DNA of 61,853 nt, the filler included, from Platydemus manokwari (taxonomy: Eukaryota): assembly GCA_037951405.1 (NCBI GenBank). It is 6 parts of 6 records of this genome, joined end to end, with 100 filler letters (N's around TTAATTAATTAA, not from the genome) between each part and the next. Parts side by side here need not be neighbours in the genome. Positions count along the whole stretch, not along the records: positions 1 to 9,775 come from JBBMOY011206099.1; positions 9,876 to 19,640 come from JBBMOY011207765.1; 4 more parts are not named here. One strand, given 5' to 3'. The first letter of the stretch is position 1. Each line of letters opens with the position of its first letter. Below are positions 1 through 13,827 of the stretch, piece after piece. A program made the position numbers and the translations under genes. The notes beneath the pieces are model-generated. The model worked only from the letters and a program-made list of their open reading frames with translations, searched no databases and had not been told where the DNA came from.

Positions 1-189
1 ACTATGTGGTGATGGTGTCGGACACTGTCTGACTTGTATTATAAAAACTGTGTTTTATCAATAAATATTTATATATTCAAATCTTTTCCACAGCAATATT
101 TAATTTTCCTTATGAGATTTTTAACTAATTTTACATTTATTTTAGAATATTACCATTAAATGACTAATAATGATAGTTCCCGCAATATA

Positions 190-1420
190 TTACTACTTTA
201 GTATGCAAATTTCACAGTGTCCAAGTCCTTACATGAAACATCATGAAAATAAGATTGTGGAAACTTATTTCCTGAGTCAAGTCATCACAATGCAGCAAGA
301 TGTACAGAACTAGAACCAAAGCTGCTAGTCATTAATTTGTCGAAGCACTATATGAAGTCAAAGAAGAAGCCATATATATACGTAATAATATGATGTCACG
401 GTATCAGAAACTAGAAAAGGTGTAAAATGAAATATTGATGTCAACTAATCGAACAGTACAATTAGAATATAACTATTATAATCACAACTATGGAAATGAG
501 TTATAAGCATAACAATGAAACTTGTGAGCCAAATTATATGGAGTAATAAGTAATAATTATCTTCTGATTTGATTTGAAAATGATATTATTGACATTATTG
601 TTTGTATCACGATTTAAGTTAAATTGAGCTATAAACTTTGAAATAAATGATCACATGGTGAACATGTTTATAAACTCATTTGAAAAACATGGTCAGCGAT
701 GCATTGAATGTGTCTTGAATAAGAAAGATGTTTATTGTGAATGTGCTTGAGATCAAATGGATTTATTATAAATTCGAAGAAAACAACATTAATCAGCAAA
801 TCAGATTCATGGCAAGCAATATCGAATACAACATTTGGATTTTGTTTCACAATAAGCAAACATTTATATGAATGACAGAGGCATGAGTAAATTTTTTATG
901 AATTTATGACATGACAATCTTTTATAATGTTAAAATTGAAGAAATAAAGAAATTTATGCCAAAAAATTTATATCGAGTTTATAATGAAAAGAATCTGAAA
1001 CTATATAATGAAAATAGAAGATTAAATAAATAATAACAGTCAAGTGGTGATGGAAACAGATGTGAAGTAAAATGATATTCAAGCCCATCGGATTTGACAT
1101 TACAATGACGGGAGACAGATTCAGTTTTACTTGTTAAATTGATTTACAGAAGATTGAAGATGCAAGTGGTCAATCATAAATAATGTTTAACACGAGATTT
1201 CGTATTACACCGAAACGAATTGTAGATTATTTCTAAAAGATTCTCAGAAATAAAATTCAGAAAAGCATTGAAATAAGAATTGGTGTGCCAGTGATGTGCC
1301 TGTGTGTGGCGAGGTAATTTTAAAATAATTAAAATTCTGACAACACATTTAAATATGTGCTGCAATCTATATTGGCCAATGAGAAAATGATGTCAATATT
1401 CGATCAATTCAGTGAATTTA
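190..1420 (+). mobile_element. Heavily decayed hAT (Buster/Charlie; ZBED5/SCAND3-like) transposase relic
   Basis: Frame-broken peptides occur in the order expected for Buster transposases: SQC..QVLT*NIMK (cf. PQC..EVLSNESMKP), KSKKKPY (cf. KAKKPHT), STNRTVQ (cf. LSNNTV), LLFVSRF (cf. LLVYVRF), TMTGDRFSF (cf. AMTG..SGF), YYTET (cf. LYHTEVRW). Many stops and frameshifts; matched by eye only. Confidence 0.4.
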
Positions 1421-2989
1421 TTAAGTGATATAGTAATGAATGTTATGGGTGACATGTTGTTGATTAATTGTTAAGCGCATTTGTATATAAGTTGGTACAC
1501 ATATGTGGTGATGATTTTCATTTGATCAATGACAATTATTCGGATTGTTTGAGGTGTACATTTTGATAGTTTAAACAAATAGTTATATTATCTTTTAATA
1601 TCACTAAGATTTATTAAGTATTTTTAGCTTTATTTATTTAATTCCTGATTGTGAAATAAAGTTAATTAATTGTAACTAGTGTACATGAGTATAATTCTCT
1701 ATTTTGCTAGGCTCTGACATCCTTTTGATGTACTGAAAAGCATTACCAAATTTGACATTTTTGGAAAATGATAAATCAATGATATACGATTCATTATTTT
1801 CATTTTTTATCCTGTTTTCAATCATTAAACGTATTTGAAATTCAAATCATTTAATAAGATTTTAAATTTTATCAAGTATGCTTATTCATATTTTAATTAT
1901 AAATAAAATTTAAGGTTAAATTTAATTTAATATGAAATATTTATAACAATTAAACATGGAATCGAAAGAGCATTTAAACATTTGATCCAGATTTTCTTTT
2001 TATTCACGCCACGGCCAAATGTATGTCACTTCATTGGAGTTTACCAAAGACATGGTTTTAATCAGTTGCTTGAATAATTCAATATTTTATTCTAGACTTC
2101 AGCATGATGTTGATAAAATTGAGAGGAATCGATATCAACCAAGTTTTGTGCCAAAGCACCTACCAATTTATTAAAATATCAAAAAATGTAAATATAATAA
2201 TCATAGTGTCACAAAGAAAATTGCTAGATTATCAAGATTCACGAATAATTCAGTTGATCATATATACACGAGATATTTCTACAAAACAGTACTTAATCGT
2301 AGGATGATATTTTTCAATTTTCAATAAGCAGATGTTGAATATTTTTTAAAATTATATTTGGAATGAGATTTTATATTTTTATAAAAATTTTTGGTTTATC
2401 TACGTCAATAAAATCATAACAATGACATGAAGTTAGTAGAGGATTCTTTAATAGACTAGTTTGTATACGGTACTATACAATAATGAGCAAAAATACAATA
2501 GAAAAGGAAACAGATACATAAAATTTATGTAGAAGTTGAATATTGATGAAAATTACTATTTTTGTTCCTTTAAATTATCATATTAATTTAATAAATGCGG
2601 TAATATTTTATTAAAAATTTGGTTTACGACATACATTATATTGTTTTTTTTTATAAATAATGTTTTAAACTAAGCATGACGGATAAAATAATGGTAATTG
2701 TAGAGAGTGATCTATCATTCGATTTAGTCCATCTAATCCACGTAAAGATATCATTCAATTGATGTCTTTCATTTAAAATTAAATTTTTCGAATAAAAATC
2801 CTTAAAATTAATTTAAATACCAATATTTTGAACTTGAATATCAGTTTATTGTAAGTGGTGAAATGGAATAGAATTGTATTTGGACGAAAATGTGTAGGGT
2901 TATACTTGTCAGAAAGTATAAATTAAAACAAAAACCAAATGATTCAATTGATTACTTATTCATAATTATTTATTCATTTCAAACAAAAA

Positions 2990-3115
2990 ATCAAATATCT
3001 AAATTAACATTTATTAAAACATAATCATAACAATCCAAATCAAGACCAATAAATCCAAAACACAAACACAAGATTGTCGATTCATTTAACATAAAATATT
3101 TAAAATATAAATTTA
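2990..3115. repeat. AT-rich dispersed repeat, copy A (similar to 9405-9530)
   Basis: aattaacatttattaaaacataatcataacaatccaaatcaagaccaat...gtcgattca...aaatattttaaaatataa aligns with the 9.4-9.5 kb copy. The spurious ORFs at 2991 and 9159 share DLD..D.VLINVN for this reason. Confidence 0.6.
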
Positions 3116-3838
3116 TAAATAAAATTATCGATAAATAATAATAATTGATAAAACCAGATGATGGCGATGTGATTTTCATTGAGTTTTGTAATGATTAAAA
3201 TATCGATGATATGTTATGGAATGAGTTATCGATTGAGATTTTAACTGCATTAAAACAATGATTGGATAAATAAATATTTAAAAGGATTCAAATTATTGAT
3301 TGAAATGAGAACCAAGTTAAAATATTACAGATTATGATTGTGAAATATTTATTTTATAATAATTAAATCAATTATAATAAAATATAGATTAGAATAATTG
3401 ATACACATTATCTGTAAATCACATTAATAATATTTGATTTTAAAAACCATTGATAATTATTAACGATTATTATGATAACAATATTAGAAATAAAATTGTT
3501 ATAAAATTATTATTATTGGTATTATAATAAAAATTGGATTTTAATTATAATTATTTTCATTTTGTTGAAGGATATTTTAATTAAATGTGATTAAAAAACA
3601 AATTATCACGTCTGTCAACATTTTTTCGTATGAGAACATTTTTATTTATTTATTTATATTGAAAGTGCAATTTTTAAAAATTATTGATTTAAAGTTTTCG
3701 AATTACTTAACAAACTACAAAATATTTTCATTCGTTATTAATCGAATTTAGATGAATTCTTTTATTCATTTCTATCGCTTAAATATTTACAATATCATCT
3801 GAATAATCAATAAATGAAACAAATTTTATAAATCATAT

Positions 3839-4477
3839 TCATTTCATAAACTTACTGTTAAAACACACAAATTGTTCTTTGCTATTGCAGTTACGATCTA
3901 ACAATTTATCATTTTCCACATCATACAGCATGCATTCTCCTCCACTTCTCGTCCAACTGATATTTGGCGTATAGAATGAAGCATTATTTGCCCAGAAATA
4001 TTGTGGGTCAGCTCCTCTCGTTACCACCATGTTTAACCAAATCATTTTTAAGCTATCAACAAATATAATTGATTTCAATGAAATATTAACGCATGGCAAA
4101 TTAAATAATCAATATGTGATGAATGTTTTTTTAAAATAAACCAAATAAATATTACAACATGTTCTCATGTCAAAGTGATTGGTAAGAAATTATATTTGAT
4201 ATATTTACAGATGGGTTAAGATTTATTTTATCAATAATTATTTGAAATGGTTCATAGAATTTATTTAAACAAATAAAGGCTCACTTTGTGTAATTCACGT
4301 GTATTAGTTTCTTAAATGATTGATAATGGATTTCATTGTAGAATATCAGGAGTTGCTGATGATATGTTTCGCATGTGTTGTTTGCATCTTTAAAGGATGA
4401 AACTTGAGGAGTCTCAGCTGAGTCAACAGAAATGATAATATTTACAAAAAGAGAAATAATATAGCAAAGGAATTCAT
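3839..4477 (-). CDS. Small secreted C-type lectin-domain (CTLD) protein, 2 exons (4477-4285, 4052-3839), with an apparent 1-nt frameshift in exon 1
   Basis: Exon 1 gives SSFKDANNTCETYHQQLLIF (CTLD alpha1/Cys). The phase-2 intron GTGAG(4284)...TAG(4053) joins in frame to LKMIWLNM...YFWANN...W...GECMLYD...LLDRNCNSKEQFVC. The ATG at 4477 starts a signal-peptide-like MNSFAILFLF but is one base out of frame at the A5 run 4446-4450. Confidence 0.65.
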
Positions 4478-5659
4478 TTTTAATAAAGAAATGCCATTTT
4501 GTATTTCAAAAAATACTGACAATTAAATATCATTAAAACTCTCACACAATAGAAGAAGGTGTTATTATCTATGGGAACAGTCACGGTGTATCATTTTATT
4601 ATGTAATGTTCATTTGTCATTGTACGTAAATTGTGTTTTTTAAGCTAGAGAAAATTGACGAGTTTTATCCGTTTAGAGTTGTATTTCAGCAGTCTAAAAG
4701 CACAATATGAAAATAAAAAATGTTAAGCTATTTCGTGCGTTAATATTATTACAATGTGTTCCCAAAGACTTAAGAAAGAGTGTATCAATAACAATGAAAT
4801 GTAAACAATAGGATGATTTAACTGGTCAGTGGGTTAATAAACCACATTTTCCATTACGTGACTTTAAAATTACTCAGCCTGATAATTTTCATTACAAGTG
4901 AAAATCAATGGGTTTTCTGTAAAATAACTCCAAAGGTTTTCCTCGGTAACATTCATTATAACATTTCCTGCCTTTATTGATATTATCAAGATTCTTATTT
5001 CTTATGGTTTGTTTAAATAAATGCGTCTGTCACTTTTTACACTATTATGGGACAATTCTGGTTTCGTAAAGCATATTACTTGTTACTAAATTTATTTCAT
5101 ATTCTAACCTCTATGATCTATTCAATGATTGATCTAGATGGGACGATTGATTGATTTCCTTATCGAGACACTATCAATGTCTGACCATTCGTACATTATC
5201 TTTGTTATCAAACTGGCACCGATAATCTCAATTTTTGGTTGTAGATCTTAATTTCGTGATATTTTTGTTGATTGTTATTAATTATTATTACCAAAAATAA
5301 TCGATTTTATTTAGGTTTTAATATTTATCAGGATTCATAAGCTTTTTTCAGCAAAGAGCTTTTTCGATAAGAGCTAATTGTGTAGAAAATCCATCAGCTT
5401 ATATAGTTGCTGAAGTTCAGTACCTTGCACCTAGGATTTTCAATCACTCACAAAATTTTATCATTTTTATTAACTTTGCTTCTTAATTATTTCTTAAACT
5501 TAAAAATTGATAAAATTTAACTGACATTAAAAATTATTTTATTGAATTTGTCAACCTTGATCAATACATCATAATCAAAAATCATGACCACAAAATAATC
5601 AAATGACAAGAATATTCACAAAAATGCAAAATCATATAATAATCAATGAAGAGCCTATT

Positions 5660-6000
5660 GTCAAGAATATAAAATTAAATAAGTATGCACAAATGATCAA
5701 TTTTCCCGATCGTTTTATTATTGGGATTTGTATAAATGAATGTTGATGATCATTGGGAAGAGAGCAGTTCCAGAATTTTTTCGATGATCTCTAAATGTCT
5801 AAATTCACGTTCCAGCTCCACTTTCACCGTGTTGTTCATTGCCTGTTAGTCTCTATTGGTGTTATTGGCTTTTTGAATAATACTTGGGGTGTGTTTGTTA
5901 TTTGGATTATATTCGGATGGGATATTTGGGGTTGTGACATGTTCACCTCCACAATTGTTTGAAAATGTTTAACTTTGGTTACTTGTACCATTTGATGGGA
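5660..6000 (-). mobile_element. Decayed non-LTR retrotransposon (CR1/L2/Jockey-like) ORF1-end/ORF2-start relic
   Basis: Minus strand reads NNCGGEHV (ORF1 zinc-knuckle-like), then a stop, then IYTNPNNKTIGKIDHLCILI, resembling the APE endonuclease start (LYTNARSL.NKIDEL). Matched by eye. Confidence 0.3.
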
Positions 6001-7094
6001 GTTTTCTCTTCTTTGCTCTCCTCACTATCTGAGTAGAACTCTAGCCGGTCTATGGTTTTCCAACAGAATGGTGGTGGGAGATAAAACAAGTGAAAGTCTT
6101 AATAATATGAAGTGACAAAATATTAAAAGCTGTTAATAATGGAATGAATTGCTAAAATTAAAAATAACTCACTCATGTTCAATCTTGTTTTGCTGTGATA
6201 AATATATATTTTAAAGGTTTACAAGTTTTGAGTACGCTAAGTTATTCATGTAGAATTTTTTATATAATGGACTTAAAAAAATATCTTATAAAAAATATAA
6301 AATAAATTATAGTGATTTTGAAACTTTATTTTTTGAATTTATTATAGTTGAAAGTAAAATAACTGATACAGTAAAAAATTTCATAGTAATGGACCATTCC
6401 AATTTAAAGATGAAAAACTTGATCTGTGGCTGTTATACTTTGAGCATTGGGTGGTATGTAATAAGATGTTCTTGGAGCGTTAGAGGCGCTTTCCTAACAA
6501 ATATAATCTCGAACCTAAATCTGCCAGTGTTTAAAGATATTAATACTATAAAATCTACCCAGATATTACTGTTATGGATGGATTCATATACTTTCTTGTT
6601 TATTAACATCAGTTTGAGGAAAATTGCTTGTGTTCTTCATTTAATTAAGATAGTCTTGGATGATAAATGTCATTTCCATCAAAAGAGAGGGAATCAATAA
6701 ATTATGGTTATAAAATTAAAATTGTGAGGTCCATACATAATAGACAACAAGGTTATTCGAAAGACCGAGTTACATTGATAGTGAAAACAAATGAAAATCG
6801 ATATATCACATTTTTAGTGTCGTTTACAATCTTAATGTAAATTATTTTGTTAGAGCATTAAATTTTCATTTTCTATTGAATTTATCAATTGTATCCGTGA
6901 TTGGAATTTTAATAAGCATTATTAATAGTTAAATCTAAATTTATAACCCATTTTGCTGAACCTATAAACGTATAATAAAAAGTCGAATACTTACTTGGCG
7001 TGACTTATCCTTGTGTAATTATTTGTCTCCATTTTATTCAGATATAATTCAAGGACTACTCTCTGGAGAAGGATCAGTCAAATACCAACATTCT

Positions 7095-7320
7095 ATTTGG
7101 AATTCAACTCAATACAATACAACTCACTCTCAATGTCTGGGCTCGGTCTGACCTCAAAACCAACCTACATGTGGATAACCATGGTATTGTATCAGTCAAT
7201 TCATCTTCAAAACTCATTGGACTAATTCGAAGAATTCGCTTGATTTCAGAAATATTCTCACTACGTAAAATCAACAATATAATTTCTCACAACCATTTCT
7301 GGGCAAATCAGCAAAAATAA
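7095..7320 (+). mobile_element. Decayed LINE reverse-transcriptase thumb fragment
   Basis: VWARSDLKTNLHVDN..IVS..SSKLIGLIRR resembles the CR1/L2 motif (F)DSDLKWN.HIDNIVSKA.RLLGLIRR. Confidence 0.3.
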
Positions 7321-9404
7321 ATTTCACAACATCCAGTAACCACATATTCCATTTAACAAAAATAGTCAATGACGTCCCGTCAACCCAAAATTTTAGTCGA
7401 ACTCCCCAAAAACCTGTTTAAATTTTAAAATCAATTAAAATTCATTACATAAGAATACTGAACTTCTCCCAGATCTCGCAATTAGACCAATTTGGCAATG
7501 GAATCTCTTTCTCTTTCTCTCCACTTGCCCAAGCTTGACTGACAGTCAGTGCCTGGAAGTCTATTTCGATATCAAAGAGGGATTTAGTAAACTATGAATA
7601 TCTTCGATCTCAACACACTAATATAATGCCCAGGCAATTTAAACAATAAAAAAAGATCCCAAAATACCTGTTCAAAAAATACCATTCTTCATAAAAATAT
7701 TCCACTGCAATCACAATCTCCAATCATGAATATCGAATAGTGGATTTCCCTTTAGATATTGCAATTCGCCAAATGTTATTTTTCGACAGATTCAGGACTT
7801 CTTTACCCTCACACACTTCCAAATCAAATCAAAAGTCAATGCCTCGAAGCCAATTTTAGTATTAACTGTACGATCTAGAGGTCTCTCAAAATTTTTGACA
7901 GAAAAACAATTACATAACGACGTTCCGTCTACACGAACTTATAGAAAATATCCTTTCTGCCCTCTCAAAAATTATCCCAAGGATCAAAACAATCCACCAC
8001 AATCAGCATAAATAAATCTGCTCATTCGACGAATCAGTCTACTCATCAATTCTCATCACCAAAAAATCAAAAACATCAGTGAATTGTAGAAGCAACCAGT
8101 TTTGGGAATTACAGCAAAAAGCGATATTTATCTAATCAAAGAAAGCCGAGGTGAGGAATTTCCCACTGCCTCGTGAAAAACTTGTTTATGCTAAATAAAT
8201 ATCAGATTTATTATAATCCACAATACAATAATACGATGATTTGTAAATTTCAGTTGCTGGATTACATTGAACTGATAATAGAAATGATTATGTTATAAGG
8301 AAACTTCATTTATTAGTTAATCGATGAATTAAATATGTTCCCGTGAAACTATCGATGATCCAAACATTGTCTTCAGCTCAATTCGACGAAGCATTTAGTT
8401 AAGTTTGATAATCATTAATTTAATTTAACTATGGTAGATCTGGAATTTAGGCTGTTATAAACAAATTTTGTCAACCGCATTTAAATGTATTGATTGAAAA
8501 AAAATTACCATTTCCATCCAAGATGTACAAGTGGAATCGTAATTTTTATTAGCTAAAAATTTGTAACCCCATAATTGTAGTTAATCAAAAGAAAATAAAA
8601 TTGTAAACACAAATCTAATTGCACCTATAGTCCGATAAATCAATCATTTATCAATGATAATAGCTATTGTATTGGATAAAATATTATATATTTCCTTATT
8701 TATCAATAATTGATTTATACTCCTCTAATTAATAAATCAATTATCTACTTATATTTTTAAAATGGAAATTTTAAATTGAAAGCTCTTATCAAATAACCCA
8801 AGGATAAATTTTCTGAACTCCAGTTCTTATCAATGGATTGTTTAATCAGAAATCAATTGGAACAAAATGATTTTGGATTGAGAAGTTGTGAGTTTCTCAT
8901 TGCGAGCATTTAAAATATCGGTTTAAATAAATTACAAAAATTAATCAAATATTGAGAATACAAATGAAATATCCAAGATAAAATTTATTAAAAACCAAAA
9001 ATCGTAACACAGTTTATCAACGTCATTCTATGGAATCAGTCAGGCATTTTTCATTGTTATCTTTAAAAAAACCTTTGATTAAAATACAAAAGAAATATTT
9101 TTCATTGTCTCAAGGAGTCCTGCTTGGGAATATTATAAAGGAAATCTTGTTCCAATAATTATTTCATAAACAAAGTTATGCCAGCGGGTAACATTAACCA
9201 ATTGCGTGATAAAGCTGCAGCAAAATTAAAAATATCTCTGGTGTGAATAATCAAAGTGTAATGAAAGAAAATTAAAGACACGGGGCGTTGAAAGAAATAA
9301 TTGTTTTTCTGTAAAATTTGATTTTTGAAAATGCTTCGCATCATTTCTGTTGAATGAATTGAATGAATAAAATGAAAATAAACAAATAAATGAAATAAAC
9401 AATT

Positions 9405-9530
9405 ATAATTAACATTTATTAATACAGAATCGTCACAAAACCAATCAAGGTCAATCAATTCAAATACAATAAGAGACAATTATCGATTCAAAGAAACACA
9501 AAAATAAATCAAATATTTTAAAATATAAAG
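9405..9530. repeat. AT-rich dispersed repeat, copy B
   Basis: Similar by eye to 2990-3115, same orientation. Confidence 0.6.
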
Positions 9531-9775
9531 AATAATGATATGAATTTATATAAATAATAATGACAGCATTAACAATAAAATCGATAATATTTGATAATAT
9601 TTATAATTATTATCGGCTTTTCAGAAACGTATTCGATTTCTAATAATGATTTATTGTTAACATTTTAATCAGAATTTAATTAAATCAATTTATTGCCAGA
9701 AGTGTGTAAAATAGTGTTAATATTGATTAATATTATTGATTCCTTTAAACCAAATTAAATATTATTAAACAATAT

Positions 9776-9875
9776 NNNNNNNNNNNNNNNNNNNNNNNNN
9801 NNNNNNNNNNNNNNNNNNNTTAATTAATTAANNNNNNNNNNNNNNNNNNNNNNNNNNNNNNNNNNNNNNNNNNNN
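9776..9875. other. Artificial assembly spacer (44 N + TTAATTAATTAA + 44 N)
   Basis: Exactly 100 bp with a six-frame stop linker; identical structure occurs five times in the window. Confidence 0.97.
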
Positions 9876-10709
9876 CTATGCAAAATGTACTTTAAATAAA
9901 TAAATATTTTTCAAAAAAAACCGAAATTTTAAGGTTATACACCTAATATTTATTAAAAGATTATAAAATTTCCAAATCCAGATTTGCACATCAAGTGCAG
10001 ATAATATTTAAAATTCCAAAATTAACCCACATTAAAAGCAACTATTGTGGTTTTCATGTCAATTTTTAGAAAATAATAATACTCTCAATTATTAAGTTAT
10101 AGTAATTATCAGTTCCTAAAATGCTGTAACGAATCAATTCAGATCATTTCAGTCATAGAATTTCACATTAAAGTTTACATAATTTGTGAATATCACATTT
10201 AATAAAACGGAACTGAGATCTTAGACAAATTGTCAACGAATGTACTTGCTAATAACTAAAGCTGTGTCGAAAACCCGATATTACTTTAATCTAGGTAAAC
10301 AAAGAATATGATAAAATGACTATCATTTTATAATAACACGGTTGGATGTTTTAGTTGGGATATCTGTTTTGATTATCGTTTTGTTTGTGAAGCAATGTAT
10401 CGATATGTTGGGTACAGCCATTCATTTATTAGATTTTTTCAAAATTATTGTAAGAACGAGTCACCCTTGCTAAAGATTAATAAAAACCGAAACTATAATA
10501 AAATAGTAAAAATACAATTCGTTTCCATATATATATTTTATTCTATTTCAAAATTACACCGTTTGTTTTTCTAATATTTAAACAAATCTTTTTTATCTAA
10601 CTAAAATAAATGTAAAAAACGAAAAGAAAGTAGCAACTAATTTTTTTCATAACATCTATTCTTGGTAATGTGCCTACTAAAATAACTAGTCTTGGACAAT
10701 CATTCTGTA

Positions 10710-10948
10710 GCTGAGATTCCCCGACACCGATAAAATATTAAAAATAAAACATTTCGTTTTTTCGTATTTTGCACCAATATCGGCGTTTTGTGTAACAATT
10801 CAGATAAAATATAAATAAATTTTAAATTTTATCAGATTTGGTACATAAAACAGTGAAATTGGTACAAAATACCACAAAATAAGAAAGACCGAAAATCCTA
10901 CAGAAAAGTTCAAAGTTTTTAAATTTGAGGTTGTGATCTCAAACCCTG
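10710..10948. mobile_element. MITE-like element with an internal ~47-bp imperfect palindrome (10764-10872)
   Basis: The left arm GTATTTTGCACCAATATCGGCGTTTTGTGTAACAATTCAGATAAAAT matches the reverse complement of the right arm at about 38/47. The ends TGAGAT...ATCTCAAACCCTG resemble a hAT-type CAGGG terminus. Confidence 0.45.
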
Positions 10949-12539
10949 GTATTCCCTACTGCTTCTTATGTTTATCTTTATTTATTTTATCTATATTCTA
11001 AAAATGTTAACCACAGCTTTATCAAACGGAAATTTGAATTCAGATTTTCACTAAATTTAGAATGTTTAACATTTTCATTACATTTTAACAAATTGATACT
11101 CAGCGGTTAAGCTTTACAACCAATCAAAACATAATATCAGTGTTAGACTTTTAGAATTTCTTGTTATTCATTCACTCTAAACAATTTTTTAGATTCCTCA
11201 CATACACTTTGAAATTAACTACTATTGATATGAAAGTTACCGTCACCAAGACCTTTTATGCCTAACATTCATTTATTCAGAAATTTCCAAATCTTATTCA
11301 TTGAAATTTCGAAACTATAGTTAACTGACTCTTCCGAGTTTGGTAACCAGTGTTTCATAACAAATTAAACAATAATCAGGATCAATCTTTCAAGACAAAT
11401 TACAACAAACAATAATTTCAACTCTAATTTTAAACCAATCACAATTCCATTTCAAAAACATTCCCAGAGAATTTAGTATTTTACTTGTTGTCCTATACTT
11501 AGGATGTCAGTAATTTATTACTGCATATAGAACATATATTTGAGTGTCTCTGATATAAGATGTCTTATCTATGTGGTCATTTTGCGATCAATGTTCACTT
11601 AAAATGACACTCGAGTGGCTTAATTGTTAATAACAGGTTATATTTGTGTTCTTTAATAATATTGAGTTTATTGATTATTTGATAATTGTGTCTCGTTTAT
11701 TTTATATTATGGATACCAGAAATATTATGTAAGCCCCAATTCTCATTGTAACAATTGATTATAATTGTAACAATTTCTTATTGTCATTTATGTGTATGGA
11801 AAGTTGACGATTCGTTATCAATACATTAAACTGAGTTCGACACCAATCAATATCAGTCAAATTTTTAAAATGATAATGAAAGATTTTTAAACAATTGTAA
11901 ATTTATGTTTCCCGATGAAGTTCTCTTTATAAGTTGACAAATATTGCTCTGTTTTAAAGCGAAATTTCTCACCACGAAAATATATAAAATAACCCGAAAA
12001 ATCTGATTAAAACACAAATACCAACAAAATCTAAATTTAGTTATTTATGTTGTTAAAAATAAATCAAATTATTCATATTTGATAATTATTGTTATAATTG
12101 TCGATGTGTTCGTGAGTTTGTTAACTTGTTTCTAAGACTTGTTAATATGCAGCTGGATTACGAGTAATAATAATAATAATAATAAAACTAATAATAGTTT
12201 TTGAAAGTTGTCTAGAGAATGTGTTATAAAAATTCTGAAATCGACCAGGTTCCATGAGGAACTAGTTGAGGGGATAATGTACCCCTGGCTCTGTACTGAC
12301 ATTAAATAAATGATAAACAAAAATCAAACTTCGTCACAACGTGTAGCAACGGATAAATTATCATTTATTATTCGAAACAACAGACATTTCTTGTGCATGA
12401 AAATTGTAACGATCTGCGAACACCGTAAATAAAGCACGAATTCCATCCAGATATTATCTAATTTTGTTTAAAGCATTTTATCAGCATTACTCATAAAACG
12501 CAATTAAAAGTACATGATTGCTCATTGGTCTGTTCACGA

Positions 12540-13120
12540 TGCACACAAAGCTATGGTTCGGGTCGTGCAAACAAAGAGAACCATTTACATTTTCTAATGG
12601 TTTGCAAGTAGATAAATCAATATTAACCAAAATGTAAATGTCGATTAACACTGACAAGCTACAAATTTATCAGAAAATCTTTTTTTATTATTCAATCAAA
12701 AACTTATGTTAAATGGTACAATGTCAAGCATGGATGTACGTTAAATTCCATCAAAACACAAGATAACATAATAAATGAAGTGGTTATGGTCTGATAATCT
12801 GATATTGTTTTATCCGATCATGTCTTTGAATAGTAAATTACATAACTCCTAAATGATTGGATACACATCTTCAAATAATATCGAAAATTTCTTTGTTATG
12901 TATTGTGGAGATCCTTAATTAGTCAACATATTAAAAAAGGCTTCAGCAAACTCTGATCACGAGTGAGTAAGAAAGTGGAAAATTGATCCTATTTAAAGGT
13001 ATTGGGAAGAATTTTCAATTCATAAAAGATGGCATATCTTAAAATTATTGCGCTTCCAACTTATTTCAACCTAATGAATAGACTGAATATAAAGCGACCA
13101 TTGTGCCACTATAAATTAGT
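12540..13120 (+). mobile_element. Possible decayed pogo/Tigger transposase relic
   Basis: Broken peptides QAWMY..F (cf. KAWMT..IF) and LP..FQP.MNR.NI...CHY (cf. LPPNTTS.LQPMDQGII..FK.HY). Confidence 0.25.
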
Positions 13121-13827
13121 AAGCCAATCAATTGTTATTTTGATATCGATTATGCTTGGTGATAAATAGTAGTTGTTCTTATTTAATTTTACTGAAAACA
13201 CAACCGCGCGTGTAACAATCAAAAGAAATTAATAATTCAGTAACTCACAATATCAATTATTAGAAATAACAGAAATAACTGGGCCATAAGTGAACCAATC
13301 AGCGACCTTCACATTACTTAATAGTTTGTACTAATAAAAACAAATATTATTTATTTGTTTCGATCATTATTTAATTTTAATATGAAATCCAAATGTATGA
13401 AATATTATTATTCTCTCTCTGGTCAACGAACGAAGGACGATTTACAAAATAATGAACACACTCACAGAACATAGCAATTATATAAATGAATAGCACACAA
13501 CTATTTAAACAATGATAGAATCATTTTTGAACCGATTATTATCCAGATAGTTCAACTAGTAATACACAGCCATTGATGAATTCAATTTACCGCCAGTCAT
13601 GTCTAGATTTCAGTTTCATATCACCACCATACCAAATCATAATCATCATTCATTTAACAATCAACCATTAAAACAATATTCTACACAATTCTAAAACCAA
13701 CTATATTCAACATTTATTTTAATCCAAATATCAACAAAATCGTCACAATCATTGTTTTATCAAAAACCTAAGAAATGTCTTTTAAAAGACGAAATATTTG
13801 ATTTATAAGTTGCTTCATAACAACCAT

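Noticed and set aside
1950-2307. ORF 2104-2307 with a possible upstream exon
   Set aside because: No in-frame start for the joined frame, no recognisable domain, and composition typical of random AT-rich ORFs.
9820-9831. TTAATTAATTAA as a biological palindrome or recombination site
   Set aside because: Always centred in exactly 44+44 N, so it is an assembly linker.
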